The position numbers were made by a program, and so were the translations under genes. A DNA stretch of 63,996 nucleotides, filler included. It is 5 parts of 5 records of this genome, joined end to end, with 100 filler letters (N's around TTAATTAATTAA, not from the genome) between each part and the next. Parts side by side here need not be neighbours in the genome. Positions count along the whole stretch, not along the records: positions 1 to 21,340 come from SRR20825010_1423; 4 more parts are not named here. One strand, given 5' to 3'. The notes beneath the pieces were generated by a model. The model had not been told where the DNA came from. It was given only the letters and a program-made list of their open reading frames with translations, and made no database searches. Positions 9,365 to 19,916 of this stretch are shown here, piece by piece. Numbering within the stretch: position 1 is the stretch's first letter; every line of letters begins with the position of its first letter.

Positions 9365-9510
9365 ATCAGTATGCCAATTGCCAACGCATTAGGCATTTTA
9401 TAAAAAATGTATTTTTAGATCCAAGGCAAGCCTTGGTGTATTTAAATTTCCATTATACCGTAAAGTAATTCTGATGCATCACTCTCTAGAAGTATTTCGT
9501 TATTTTCAAA

Positions 9511-9557
9511 ATCATTAGTTTCAGGGATAAAGAACTCATTAGTTCAAAGTACCTTAG
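9511..9557 (+). promoter_or_regulatory. Operator-like box (9511-9528) plus -7-like element (9550-9557)
   Basis: ATCATTAGTTTCAGGGAT, 21-nt gap, TACCTTAG. Confidence 0.6.
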
Positions 9558-9581
9558 TTGCTTTAAACAACAATAGAGAAA

Positions 9582-10634
9582 ATGAACAATCCCATATTAT
9601 ATTCAGAAGGTTTTAAAGCACTGAAGTGGAATGATTTTAATTTCAAAACTATTCAAATAAACACCCTTTCAGCTCTTAAAGATCCAAGACACTATAACAA
9701 CTGTTTTATTTTTAGAGATTCACTTATAAAGGCCGTTGAAGAAGTATCTGGAAAGAAAGTTTCTAAGCTTCTTTTCATTACTCCAGATTATAAAACTGTT
9801 TATAAATTCTACATAATTGCTTATTTAGAAGGTAAAATAGTTTTCCCGCTTACAATAGAAAACACGCCATTATTTAAAGAATGGTTTACGGCTATAGATG
9901 ATGAAAAGGATAAAGATCTTATTTCTACTATTTATAACTTCAGTCATAGTAGTTATAGCTCACAACCGATTACTAATTTAGAGCATATGACTTTTCATGA
10001 AAATACAGGGGATTTTATTAATCAATTTATTCCAAATGAGTTTATAGCTGAACAATTGGCTAAAGAAAAGGCTGATTTTTTAAATCCTTATATTCAATTA
10101 AAAGCACAAATTAATATTGAAGAAGTAAAGCAAACCTTTGAAACCTTAATTAAGGCTAAAGGGTTAACCATAAATTCTCCGACAAATAACGATGCCATTT
10201 ATGATGCTTTTGAAAAAGAAGCGGGATTTCCTTTTCCACAAATTATCAAAGCGTACCTAAGCTTGCATAATGGTATTGACAGATGCGCCATAATGGGTGC
10301 TGAAACAATTTACAAAGAATGGAAACAATGGAAAGCTATCTATGATGATTGGACGCAAGAAGAGTTGCTAGATACGTACACTACAAATCAAGGAAAAGCA
10401 TTATTAATGTACACTACCCCTTATTGGATTCCATTTTTTGATTTAAGTAATGGCAATTTTTTAGCCTTCGATTTTGCACCTAATACCAAAGGTACTGCTG
10501 GGCAAATTATTCGTTATGGTGCCGATCAAGAAATTGGATATATCCATGCAGACAACTTACATACATTTCTAAAAAGTTTACTAAATAATGAAGGTGAAAT
10601 TGAGGATCATGAATGGTTTTATACAGCCCAGTAG
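9582..10634 (+). CDS. SMI1/KNR4 (SUKH) family protein with unknown N-terminal domain
   Basis: FEKEAGFPFP..IKAYLSLHNG and WIPFFDLSNGNFLAFDFAP..KGTAGQII are SUKH motifs. Confidence 0.8.
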   Translation: MNNPILYSEGFKALKWNDFNFKTIQINTLSALKDPRHYNNCFIFRDSLIKAVEEVSGKKVSKLLFITPDYKTVYKFYIIAYLEGKIVFPLTIENTPLFKEWFTAIDDEKDKDLISTIYNFSHSSYSSQPITNLEHMTFHENTGDFINQFIPNEFIAEQLAKEKADFLNPYIQLKAQINIEEVKQTFETLIKAKGLTINSPTNNDAIYDAFEKEAGFPFPQIIKAYLSLHNGIDRCAIMGAETIYKEWKQWKAIYDDWTQEELLDTYTTNQGKALLMYTTPYWIPFFDLSNGNFLAFDFAPNTKGTAGQIIRYGADQEIGYIHADNLHTFLKSLLNNEGEIEDHEWFYTAQ

Positions 10635-10658
10635 ATGTATTAAAAAAGAAAATAATTT

Positions 10659-13160
10659 TTGATTAACACCCAGCAAATGTCTACTATTTTTAAAGAGCAC
10701 ATAATTCCTAAATTAAATATAAAATCATTTAAAGGCGCTGAAATAAAAGCATTACTTCAGATATTAAAATTAATGCATGCCACCGACAATGAAATCTATA
10801 AGAATGCAAAAAAGGATTTTGATACAAATACTACAACCCCTAATTTTACTAATAATCTATCCCAAAGTATTTACTTACACCCAAAAATATATGCCAAGGA
10901 AAGACAAGGCTTAAAATTTGTTGAGTCTTGGCTTCCACTCTTGGAAAATGGTTTTTATCCTGATAAAAAAAGTACTAGAAAACTTCTTGAATTTTTACAC
11001 TTCAATCTCAGTTATTTTCAGTCAGAAGATACCTCAGAAATAGAAAAAATTCAACTTTTTAAAGTTTTAAAATTGCTGATTCAGAGTAAATCTGAAGCCT
11101 CTCTTCCTGTGGCGTGTTTTTTAATTCATAGGATTTTTGATATTCGAGATGTATTGAACTCAGATTTTATAATTCAGCATTGCCTCAAACATCAGCTATT
11201 AACAGAAGGATATACCATTAAAAATACAGATCTTTCGATAAGTACAATTCCGTTTGCCATTGATAAGCATTTTATCACGCATTTTTTTGATGGCAATTGG
11301 CATCTATTTATCACAAAGTTTCATCAATTATTACCTGTGGGTCTTGTATATGCTCCATCCGCTTACGATTTGATGTCATCCTGGTTTAGTTTTGATTTAG
11401 CGTCTTTTTATGAAAGCCACCAAGAGATGGCCATTTTCGCAAATCAAGCACTAAAAGAACGTATTATTTGGGGAGAAACTAAAAGCTTAGAACTGCTAAA
11501 TATCCAAACTAAGAACGGTAATTATCCCTTAATAAATGTTTTAGCCAAAAAAACTTGGGATGCTGGTGATGTATTACTATTCAACAATCGAGATAAAAAC
11601 ATACCGCAGCAACAGTTAGATAGTTGTTATTTAAATTTTTTAGATTGGTTACTAGTAGATGCTGGAAGCAATTTGAATTCGGAAGCTTTTACTGGTTACG
11701 GAATTAAAATTTTAAGTGAGTGCACAGCAGAAGCACTTCCGTTAGAATGCATTCCATTTTGGCTTCACAAATGTCATCCAAAAACTAGTCATAAAAATCA
11801 GAGGGAACTATTAAATCCCATATTCACCAAGTTACTACTAGAAACAACGCACGCAACACTTCCTGCAATGCGTTTTGAAGGAGCAGATTTTCAAGTCAAA
11901 GGAACATTTTTAATTTCCGAAATATTCAAGACAGAAAATAACCTAAAAGAGTGGCTTGAAGACTTTAAAAAGGAAGGTATTAAAAACCCATTAAATCAAT
12001 TTTTAATACGCATCTATTATGATGCTAATGAAGAACTAACTTTAATATACACTAAAGAAGAACAAGAATATTTACAGTTATATTTAATAGAATTAGCATA
12101 CTCTTCTAGATATGTAAGTGATTCTATTAGAAAGAAAAATCTACCTATCCTTGTAAAAACTCTTGCTAAATTATGTGCAGAACCAGTAAATTTCTCACGT
12201 GTTAACGAGATTTGGGCACTAAAAAATATTGATGTTTGTATTATAGATATTTGTAACAATTTTGCTCGAGAACACTATATCAATGAAAATAGTCCGTTAA
12301 ACTTAAATCTTATACAAGCTTGGTTTAATTATTTAGGCGATTATTTCTATAGTCTAACCAAGGAGGCTGTTTGGGTATCAGAAGCATTAACCACTCAAGG
12401 CTTACGCACAGCAAATTTCTTCAATATAGAAAAAGAAGATGTTAGCTATTTTTTAGAAAGATTAATTAACCGTATCATTGATTTTCATAAACGATGTAAG
12501 CTCAAGGAAGAAACCAATCCTATATTCAATAATATTTCTAAACAAATTGAATTGTATTTAACCGATTTTCTTATAGCATTAAAAGAAGAAAAACTAAATA
12601 TAAATACTATAAACTATCTCTATAATTATTGTAAAAGTGATGGAGCTGGTTTAATAAAACAATCCAAATTAATTACTGCTATTAATAATTTACATCAATT
12701 TCATTTTAAAGAAGAATTATCAACAGAAACCGATTATGAAGTATCACAATTACCTGTCTCTAAAGTTGAAATTGAAATCGTTGAGATTAATAAAAAGTAT
12801 GTAGATGCCGTACTTCATAATCTAGAAAATTATAAAGAGGAAGGATGCGACACCCAGTTATTAACAGGTTTATATGAAAAGATAGACGACTTTAAAATCT
12901 GGATAAATTGTGATAAAACTGGAATCGAAACACGATTTAGTCAAGCCCTTTATAAGACGTTGCTCGATACAAATTTAACCCCTAAAACAGATTTAAAAAC
13001 CTACGGCACGCTTTGCAGAAACCTATTTGTGTATTTAGTAAAAGGAACTAAAATGTCCGATTCCTACGTAATGGGATTAAAGGCTATGACAAAATCTGGA
13101 GTCTATCCAGAACATATAACAGCTAATCTACGGCAAGTGGTTAAAGATTTAAATGTTTAA
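10659..13160 (+). CDS. Large hypothetical protein (ATG at 10677 is an alternative start)
   Basis: 833-aa ORF in operon context; no recognisable motif; Leu-rich and probably helical. Confidence 0.75.
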   Translation: MINTQQMSTIFKEHIIPKLNIKSFKGAEIKALLQILKLMHATDNEIYKNAKKDFDTNTTTPNFTNNLSQSIYLHPKIYAKERQGLKFVESWLPLLENGFYPDKKSTRKLLEFLHFNLSYFQSEDTSEIEKIQLFKVLKLLIQSKSEASLPVACFLIHRIFDIRDVLNSDFIIQHCLKHQLLTEGYTIKNTDLSISTIPFAIDKHFITHFFDGNWHLFITKFHQLLPVGLVYAPSAYDLMSSWFSFDLASFYESHQEMAIFANQALKERIIWGETKSLELLNIQTKNGNYPLINVLAKKTWDAGDVLLFNNRDKNIPQQQLDSCYLNFLDWLLVDAGSNLNSEAFTGYGIKILSECTAEALPLECIPFWLHKCHPKTSHKNQRELLNPIFTKLLLETTHATLPAMRFEGADFQVKGTFLISEIFKTENNLKEWLEDFKKEGIKNPLNQFLIRIYYDANEELTLIYTKEEQEYLQLYLIELAYSSRYVSDSIRKKNLPILVKTLAKLCAEPVNFSRVNEIWALKNIDVCIIDICNNFAREHYINENSPLNLNLIQAWFNYLGDYFYSLTKEAVWVSEALTTQGLRTANFFNIEKEDVSYFLERLINRIIDFHKRCKLKEETNPIFNNISKQIELYLTDFLIALKEEKLNINTINYLYNYCKSDGAGLIKQSKLITAINNLHQFHFKEELSTETDYEVSQLPVSKVEIEIVEINKKYVDAVLHNLENYKEEGCDTQLLTGLYEKIDDFKIWINCDKTGIETRFSQALYKTLLDTNLTPKTDLKTYGTLCRNLFVYLVKGTKMSDSYVMGLKAMTKSGVYPEHITANLRQVVKDLNV

Positions 13161-13163
13161 ATA

Positions 13164-13823
13164 ATGACACAAGATATCACACCCAAAATTCAGAACCAAT
13201 TAAATTTATCGGCCTTGATTTTGAAGAAAAATCATAAAAACGCAGCCTTAAAAAGTTGGTCGGGTTTTAACCTAAAAGATGCAATGCACGTTAAGCATGC
13301 GGAAAGACTTTTAACTATGTACGGTATTAAATCAGGCTTGCATTTACGGAACAGTTTACAACGTTACGAGAGCGGACAAATGGTATCTCATACTTTTGAA
13401 AAATTAGCCGCAGCGTTTCGCAATGATACCAGTAAGACTTTTGAAGCTAAATACCAAGCTCTAGAAAGTCCTAAAACCAAAAACACCTACAAAATGGTGT
13501 GGAAATATCGTTTCAGTTTAAAAAATCAAAAACTCAGAGGATATGAAATGGCAATGTACATTTTTCAAATGAGATTAGGCCTCGTCTTAGACTTTATAAC
13601 AACAGAAGAAATGATGTTGCGTTTAGAAGAAGCCTACAATATTACAAAGTCCACGTTTTCTAGTTGGGGAGAATTTCACCGCAACGTGTGCTTGGGAGAT
13701 GAGTACGTTTTAGGGGCTACAGAACTCGATGTTAGTAAATTCCCAGGGACAGAAACACTTTGGGAGCACTACCAACGCTTACATATAGCACATGCCGATT
13801 GGTTTAAAGAATGGAAAAAATGA
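13164..13823 (+). CDS. DUF1266-like protein
   Basis: LLTMYGIKS...GYEMA...RLG...TFSSWGEFHRNVCLG resembles DUF1266 (WGI / AWD..R / F.SW.EF...Y..G). Confidence 0.65.
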   Translation: MTQDITPKIQNQLNLSALILKKNHKNAALKSWSGFNLKDAMHVKHAERLLTMYGIKSGLHLRNSLQRYESGQMVSHTFEKLAAAFRNDTSKTFEAKYQALESPKTKNTYKMVWKYRFSLKNQKLRGYEMAMYIFQMRLGLVLDFITTEEMMLRLEEAYNITKSTFSSWGEFHRNVCLGDEYVLGATELDVSKFPGTETLWEHYQRLHIAHADWFKEWKK

Positions 13824-16063
13824 GGATAACAGAACAAGAGCTTATACAACAAATTGAGCGTGCAGAACAACTGTACAAGACCAACCTTTATATGCATTTA
13901 CAGCCTGTAATTAGTAATATACAAGAGCACCTAGAGCTTTTAACTAATAATTCAGACTATGCCAAATATTACCGCATTTATATGCTGTATATTGGGATTT
14001 ATGAAGAACTGAATATGCAAGTTTTGCAGTCTTATTTACAAGCATTAATTAACATTAATGAAGTAGAAGCATCAGATTACGAATACGTTTGTAGTTATTA
14101 CAAACAATGTGAAGAAACAGTGTACCAAGAAGCTTTAATGCTATATCCATACAACGAAACTTTACACCTACATTACGCTTTAAAATTACAAGAAGATAAA
14201 CGTTTTAAAGAAGCTATTGTTACTTTAAAATATATCCTAGAATGTTATCCTGCCTCCACAGAAGCTCGATTCTTACTTTGGGATATTGAAGCAACTCAAT
14301 TAGCACATTTATGTGCATCAAACGAAGAAGCAAACTGCTATGAACTTTTAGAATTAGCTTCGGCTACTCATAATGAAGAAGTTTTAAAAGGATTACAATT
14401 AGATCATCGATTAGATAAAGCAAATCAAACTTTAGCCTATATACAGGTTGCACTGTGGGAAGAAAGGTCTACTGAAATAAAACAACATTGGAATACAGAA
14501 TGGAAACTTTTAGAATTGACAGCAGTAACACGTATGCTCTTGGCAGATTATGCAAAATCTTTTATGATGTACGATATGGTATCTCAAGTTTTAAAAGCAC
14601 CTTCAGAACCAGAGTTTCCAGAAGAAGAGTATAGTAATTTTGAGGAATATCAAACGTTTATCAAGGCGTTTGCTACTTCTGGCTGGCAATTGGCACAACA
14701 TCAATATGTATTGATAGGAAATTCGGCATATTTTTATTCAAAAAATAAAGAAATCTTAGATATTAGTGTAGAAAGAGGCTTAGCTTTAAATCCTAAAAAC
14801 CCATTACTATTGGTATTAAAGGCAAAATCCTTTTTTTTTGTCAATAATTATAACGAGACCGGAGTAAATTACCACGAAGCATTTAAAAACGGTCTCCGTT
14901 TGAGTGAATATCTATTTTATTTACTAGAAGTAAATAGTAGAATTGAAAATTGGCAAGGTATATTAGATATTGTTGCTCAGTTTCATAAAGGGACTCCTCC
15001 TACACTTAAAACCTTATTTTTTAAAGCACGTGCACTCGTCAAATTAAGACAATTTGATGAAGCTCTGGAAACGATTAATGTAGCGCTTTCTGATTTTCCG
15101 TTACCACCTCATTCTTACGCACCATGGTTGTATAACTTAAGAATGATTATTCATAAACAAAACCATAACTACACGGCTTTTTTTGAAGATATGCAGTCAG
15201 AAATCAATTATTATACTATTGGCGACTCAGAATATTGTAGCACAATGAATATGTGTATTGAAGCCCTTATTGAAATGGGCAATTATCAAGAATGTTACAA
15301 ATATGCCATATATAACCACGAACAAGGACAATTATTACCAGAATTATATCCTGTGTTTCTGTGGATTTGTTTTTATGATTATTTAGAAAAACCTGATGAT
15401 ATAGCAGACGCTTCAGAACTAGATTTAATACAAGAACCTTCTACTTTTATAGAATACAGAACCAATGGTTTAATATATTGGATGCTAGGTAACATCTGTG
15501 CTGCTACAAATGCATTACAACAAGCGGCACAACTAGCCACAAACAAAGCTTACTATTTAAAACTAGCATTAAGTTGCGCTAAAGAGGATTTTAATACTAC
15601 AAAAAGTATTGCTGCTTGCCAAATTATTAAAACCCAGATACCAGAATCTAGTGACTGGAAAACAGACTATCTGTTAGCCGATTTATTAAAAACAGGGAAG
15701 CATTATAAAAAAGCATTAGCTAGTTTTAACCAATTATTACAAAGCTATCCAGACTATTCGTTTTTTGAATTTCCAAAAGACAATAATAATATGATGCTAG
15801 CCACACTTAAAACATTATCTAAAGCTATAGAGAATGAAGGAGATTACATCAAATACAACGCTATGCTTTTAAGTAAAGAGAATCCTTCTGCTAACGCATT
15901 ATTAGAACATTTAGAGGTCGTACAAACGCACTTTGAAACTGATAAATTCCTTCTGCATAATTTATTAGAACAAATTTTCAAGTTAAATATTGATTTAGAA
16001 AATAATGAATTAGAATTGTTAAAAGACATCAAATCTAAAATAAGAACCTCATATTTCAATTAA
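13811..16063 (+). CDS. TPR-repeat protein
   Basis: 750 aa with multiple TPR-like helices (e.g. KARALVKLRQFDEALETINVAL); ATG at 13820 forms an ATGA overlap with the upstream stop. Confidence 0.8.
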   Translation: MEKMRITEQELIQQIERAEQLYKTNLYMHLQPVISNIQEHLELLTNNSDYAKYYRIYMLYIGIYEELNMQVLQSYLQALININEVEASDYEYVCSYYKQCEETVYQEALMLYPYNETLHLHYALKLQEDKRFKEAIVTLKYILECYPASTEARFLLWDIEATQLAHLCASNEEANCYELLELASATHNEEVLKGLQLDHRLDKANQTLAYIQVALWEERSTEIKQHWNTEWKLLELTAVTRMLLADYAKSFMMYDMVSQVLKAPSEPEFPEEEYSNFEEYQTFIKAFATSGWQLAQHQYVLIGNSAYFYSKNKEILDISVERGLALNPKNPLLLVLKAKSFFFVNNYNETGVNYHEAFKNGLRLSEYLFYLLEVNSRIENWQGILDIVAQFHKGTPPTLKTLFFKARALVKLRQFDEALETINVALSDFPLPPHSYAPWLYNLRMIIHKQNHNYTAFFEDMQSEINYYTIGDSEYCSTMNMCIEALIEMGNYQECYKYAIYNHEQGQLLPELYPVFLWICFYDYLEKPDDIADASELDLIQEPSTFIEYRTNGLIYWMLGNICAATNALQQAAQLATNKAYYLKLALSCAKEDFNTTKSIAACQIIKTQIPESSDWKTDYLLADLLKTGKHYKKALASFNQLLQSYPDYSFFEFPKDNNNMMLATLKTLSKAIENEGDYIKYNAMLLSKENPSANALLEHLEVVQTHFETDKFLLHNLLEQIFKLNIDLENNELELLKDIKSKIRTSYFN

Positions 16064-16084
16064 AGGTATTAAGTTTACATTTTA

Positions 16085-18052
16085 ATGAAGTTATCTCTTA
16101 CATATTTTATATTCAATTTCTTCTTTTATATAGGAATTAGCACCTTGTCTTATGCTCAAGACATAGATAGTACGATTGAATTAGATTCTCTTGCAAACAT
16201 TTATTATACCAATATTTATACGCAACCCCAAATTGCAAAATTAGCCGCTACAAAATGGCTCGAAGGAAGCAAAAATTCAGATTTGGGACTTCAAGAAGCA
16301 AGTGCCTTGTATGCATTAGGAAACCTTAGTAATATTATTGGAGAATATAAAAACACCATAAAATATACAAATCAAGCTATTGATTTACTTAAAAAACTGG
16401 ACACTAAAAAAGGATTAGCGGCTTGTTATAATATCCTCGCTTCTGCCTATAAAAATTTAGGTGAATATCCGAAAGCTATTGACTGTTTTATGAATTGCTT
16501 AAAGTATTCAAAACAAACCAATAGCCAAATACAGGAAGCTAATGCATATCTAAATATAGCAACATTGTATCTGCTTCAAAAAGATTATAAAAAATCAGCA
16601 GAAAATCTAGATCGTGCTGCCAATCTCTATCGCTCTTTAGGAGATGATGATGGAGTGCTCACAACGCTATTTAATTTTGCAAATATTTTAAAAGAACAAG
16701 GTAAGTTTAGTCAAGCAAGAAAGCATTACCAAACCGTTTTAGATTACAGAGAAAAAGAAGGTAATAAAGCGGCTGTTGCCTATGTAAATATAAATCTTTC
16801 GCAAATGTTAGTGGAAGAAGGTAAGTGTAAAGAAGCTGTTGTAGCTCTAAAAAAAACATTAGCTCTTTTAGAAGAGCTAAAATTTAATTCAGACATTAGT
16901 ATTGTTTTAAACGATTTAGGTTTATGCGAAACAAAATTAGGTAATACAATTGCAGCGATAAATTATTTTCAACGCGCTTTAGCTATTGGCGAAGAACAAT
17001 CGCTACACCCATACAGTTCCGACATATACAAGAATCTGGCAAATTTATATCAAAAAGAAAACAATTATAAAAAAGCATTTGAATTCTATCAAAAAGGAGT
17101 GGCAAGTACTGCGGAGCAAAACTCACTTGATAAAAAGGTATATGTAGCTGAAATACAAGAACGCTATGAAACAGCATTAAAGGAAGCTAGAATTCAATTA
17201 TTAGAAAAAGAACAAAAATTAGGAGAAACAGAATTGCAAAAAGTAGAGCTCACTGTAAAACGCCAACGCTTAGTTAGAAATGTTTTAATAGCTGGATTTA
17301 TATTGGTTTTTATTACTTTAATTATTTTAAGGGTTTCTCATATTAAAAGACTACGCATTCAAAAAGAATTGAGTATCCAGCAAGAGGAAAATGCTAAGCA
17401 GCAAATAAATAAAATGATAAATGATCATAAACTATCTGTTATTGAGCGCTATCAAGAAGGTCAAGATGAAGAACGTTCAAGACTTGCTCGGGAAATTCAT
17501 GATGGTATTGGCAGCGATTTAGCAAGCATCAAAATAGCGTTCGAGCAGTATTCAGAACAACACCATGATGATTTCCAATCTAGGAGAATCGCTTCTGCTA
17601 TTAATAATGCTTGTGCGGATGTTCGTAGCCTTTCTCATCAATTACACCCGCTCCCCTTTTCAAAAATAGGATTCACTAGTTTTTTAAGTGATTTTATTGA
17701 TCAAATAACTAAAAAAACAGCTACTGAAATTCAAACTTTTTTCTTTCCAGAAGAAGCGATTGATGAGTTACCTGATTTCTTACTAGCAGACGTATACCGT
17801 ATTGTACAAGAATTAATTAATAATATTCTAAAACATGCAGAAGCCAAGCATGCTGCTGTTCAACTCACCATGCATGAAGATCATTTAAATATTGTTATAA
17901 ACGATGATGGTATAGGTTTTCAAAATAACAAAAAATCGGGAATAGGGCTTCGAAATATAAAAGAACGCTTACATAAAATTCAAGGTAGTTTAGAAATCGA
18001 TTGTAGCCCAGGACGCGGAACATCAATTACCATTGACATACCAGTAAATTAA
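16085..18052 (+). CDS. TPR-containing membrane sensor histidine kinase (HisKA_3/NarX type)
   Basis: N-terminal signal, TPR array, one TM segment, ERSRLAREIHDGIG H-box, YRIVQELINNILKHA, DDGIGF, GIGLRNI. Confidence 0.92.
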   Translation: MKLSLTYFIFNFFFYIGISTLSYAQDIDSTIELDSLANIYYTNIYTQPQIAKLAATKWLEGSKNSDLGLQEASALYALGNLSNIIGEYKNTIKYTNQAIDLLKKLDTKKGLAACYNILASAYKNLGEYPKAIDCFMNCLKYSKQTNSQIQEANAYLNIATLYLLQKDYKKSAENLDRAANLYRSLGDDDGVLTTLFNFANILKEQGKFSQARKHYQTVLDYREKEGNKAAVAYVNINLSQMLVEEGKCKEAVVALKKTLALLEELKFNSDISIVLNDLGLCETKLGNTIAAINYFQRALAIGEEQSLHPYSSDIYKNLANLYQKENNYKKAFEFYQKGVASTAEQNSLDKKVYVAEIQERYETALKEARIQLLEKEQKLGETELQKVELTVKRQRLVRNVLIAGFILVFITLIILRVSHIKRLRIQKELSIQQEENAKQQINKMINDHKLSVIERYQEGQDEERSRLAREIHDGIGSDLASIKIAFEQYSEQHHDDFQSRRIASAINNACADVRSLSHQLHPLPFSKIGFTSFLSDFIDQITKKTATEIQTFFFPEEAIDELPDFLLADVYRIVQELINNILKHAEAKHAAVQLTMHEDHLNIVINDDGIGFQNNKKSGIGLRNIKERLHKIQGSLEIDCSPGRGTSITIDIPVN

Positions 18053-18058
18053 TAAATT

Positions 18059-18694
18059 GTGGAGAAAACAAACATTATAATTGCAGACGATCATTTAATG
18101 TTCATTGAAGGGATCAATACCATTTTAAAAAATATGGACGAAATTGGAGAAGTGCATATTGCAACTGAAGGGAAACAGGTTATTAGATTACTCTCTCAGT
18201 TTAAAATTGGTTTAATTATAAGCGACATTAGTATGCCCAAAATGGACGGTATAGAATTGCTTACAGAAATTAAAAAAAAGCATAAAGACGTAAAAATAAT
18301 CATGTTGAGCATGCTCGACAATCATAGAACAGTACATAAAGTCATACAAAAAGGGGCAGACGGTTTTGTTCCGAAGTTTACAAGTAAAGAAGAGCTACAA
18401 AAAGCGGTACGTTCCGTTTTAAATGATGAACAATACTTTTCTGAACTCATAAAACAACGATATATGGAAAGTGTTTTTGAACGCAAAAAATATAAAAACA
18501 TCGAACTATCACCAAGAGAGAAGGATGTCTTAGCGCTTTTAGGAGAAGAGCTTACTTCTAAAGAGATTTCAGAAAAATTATTTATCTCTGTAAATACAGT
18601 AGAAACGCATAGAAAAAATATCCTATTAAAAACAGGTTCTAAAACTACAACTGGCGCAGTACGATTTGCAATAGAGTCTGGACTATTTGATTAA
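18059..18694 (+). CDS. NarL/LuxR-family response regulator
   Basis: IADDH, DISMPKMDG receiver motifs; LSPREKDVL...EISEKLFISVNTVETHRKNI LuxR HTH; GTG start. Confidence 0.95.
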   Translation: MEKTNIIIADDHLMFIEGINTILKNMDEIGEVHIATEGKQVIRLLSQFKIGLIISDISMPKMDGIELLTEIKKKHKDVKIIMLSMLDNHRTVHKVIQKGADGFVPKFTSKEELQKAVRSVLNDEQYFSELIKQRYMESVFERKKYKNIELSPREKDVLALLGEELTSKEISEKLFISVNTVETHRKNILLKTGSKTTTGAVRFAIESGLFD

Positions 18695-18781
18695 AAAAGC
18701 GGCTGTATAAAAAGTGAATTTATAGTTTCAAACTGAGTTTAGACACTTATTATTTAGTCACTTTTTTGTTTTTTTAAACTA

Positions 18782-19765
18782 CTATTCCGTTCTAATATCA
18801 TAAAAGGCCAAAGCAGCTCTAATCTCTTTTAATTCCTTATTAGATGTAGTTATATCATTCTTTTCTGTAAGCATCTCTCCGCGATAAATAAACCTTGATT
18901 CCAAATCAAAATAAACAATATAAATTCCCTTTAAAGGGTTTTGATATTTCTCATTTTCTTTATTATTTATTCTAGTATCTTCTAAATATTGAACCCAGGC
19001 TCCCTTAGATAAAGAAGATTTATCCAAGAATATTTTTCTATACTCACTAATTTTATAATAAGGATACGTGAGCTCCAATTTGGTTTGAATATTATTTTCA
19101 ATTTTAGTTTTAAAAAGTTCAAAATTAGTTACATTTTCAGATAAGTGAAAAGCATGTACTTTCCACATATTGTCTTCTAATTTCAAAGGCACTGTTATGA
19201 ATCCTTCAGGGTAACTAGGTGTTTTAACTAATAAGCTGTGTTCATAACCATTATTTAATACGTCATAGGAAGCATTCAATTTATCAACAAATTTGGTAAT
19301 TATTTCTTCCAATGTATCTGAAGTTAGTGCTTCTTTAAAAATTAATTCAATCACCGCTAAACCATATTTTACATCTAGAATATCACTTTTAAAATCTACA
19401 ATTACCGCTTGTTTAGCTTCATGATATTTCAATGCTTTTTGATATAGATCATTAAATTCTATGTGATATGAAGCTATATAATCGGCAATCAATATTTTTT
19501 TAGCATCAAAATATGTGTAAAACTCTATATCAGGATTTTTTTTATGATATATATGTACAGAAAATGAATTAGGATTCATAGTAGCTGCATTAAAAAATCT
19601 ATTTAAATTTTTATAAGTAAGCTCACCATTATACTCTCTTTCAAGATATTCTTCTAAATTTTTAGAGGCTTGTTTCTTAGATATTCCACCCACTATTTGT
19701 GCGCAATTAGTAAAAAGAAGTAAGATTCCTAATAAGCAAAGACCTATAATAATTATAGTTTTCAT
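18782..19765 (-). CDS. Hypothetical exported protein or lipoprotein
   Basis: Start reassigned to ATG 19765 (MKTIIIIGLCLLGILLLFTNC, lipobox-like); the promoter box at 19793-19786 lies inside the longer 19804 call. Confidence 0.7.
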   Translation of the reverse strand: MKTIIIIGLCLLGILLLFTNCAQIVGGISKKQASKNLEEYLEREYNGELTYKNLNRFFNAATMNPNSFSVHIYHKKNPDIEFYTYFDAKKILIADYIASYHIEFNDLYQKALKYHEAKQAVIVDFKSDILDVKYGLAVIELIFKEALTSDTLEEIITKFVDKLNASYDVLNNGYEHSLLVKTPSYPEGFITVPLKLEDNMWKVHAFHLSENVTNFELFKTKIENNIQTKLELTYPYYKISEYRKIFLDKSSLSKGAWVQYLEDTRINNKENEKYQNPLKGIYIVYFDLESRFIYRGEMLTEKNDITTSNKELKEIRAALAFYDIRTE

Positions 19766-19785
19766 AAATGATATTTTATACCATA

Positions 19786-19832
19786 TAAATTTAAGTCTGT
19801 TCAAGTTTTAAACGCTCACTGTTTTCCGTGAA
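19786..19832 (-). promoter_or_regulatory. Operator-like box (19815-19832) plus -7-like element (19793-19786)
   Basis: Minus strand TTCACGGAAAACAGTGAG, 21-nt gap, TAAATTTA. Confidence 0.65.
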
Positions 19833-19840
19833 TTTATATT

Positions 19841-19887
19841 ATCACTTAAATGAGGTGTTTATTTGAGAATGTGTTCTAATATCTTTG
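19841..19887 (+). promoter_or_regulatory. Operator-like box (19841-19858) plus -7 element (19880-19887)
   Basis: ATCACTTAAATGAGGTGT, 21-nt gap, TATCTTTG (perfect TAnnTTTG). Confidence 0.6.
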
Positions 19888-19916
19888 AATTATAAAATAA
19901 TACTAATATAAATATC

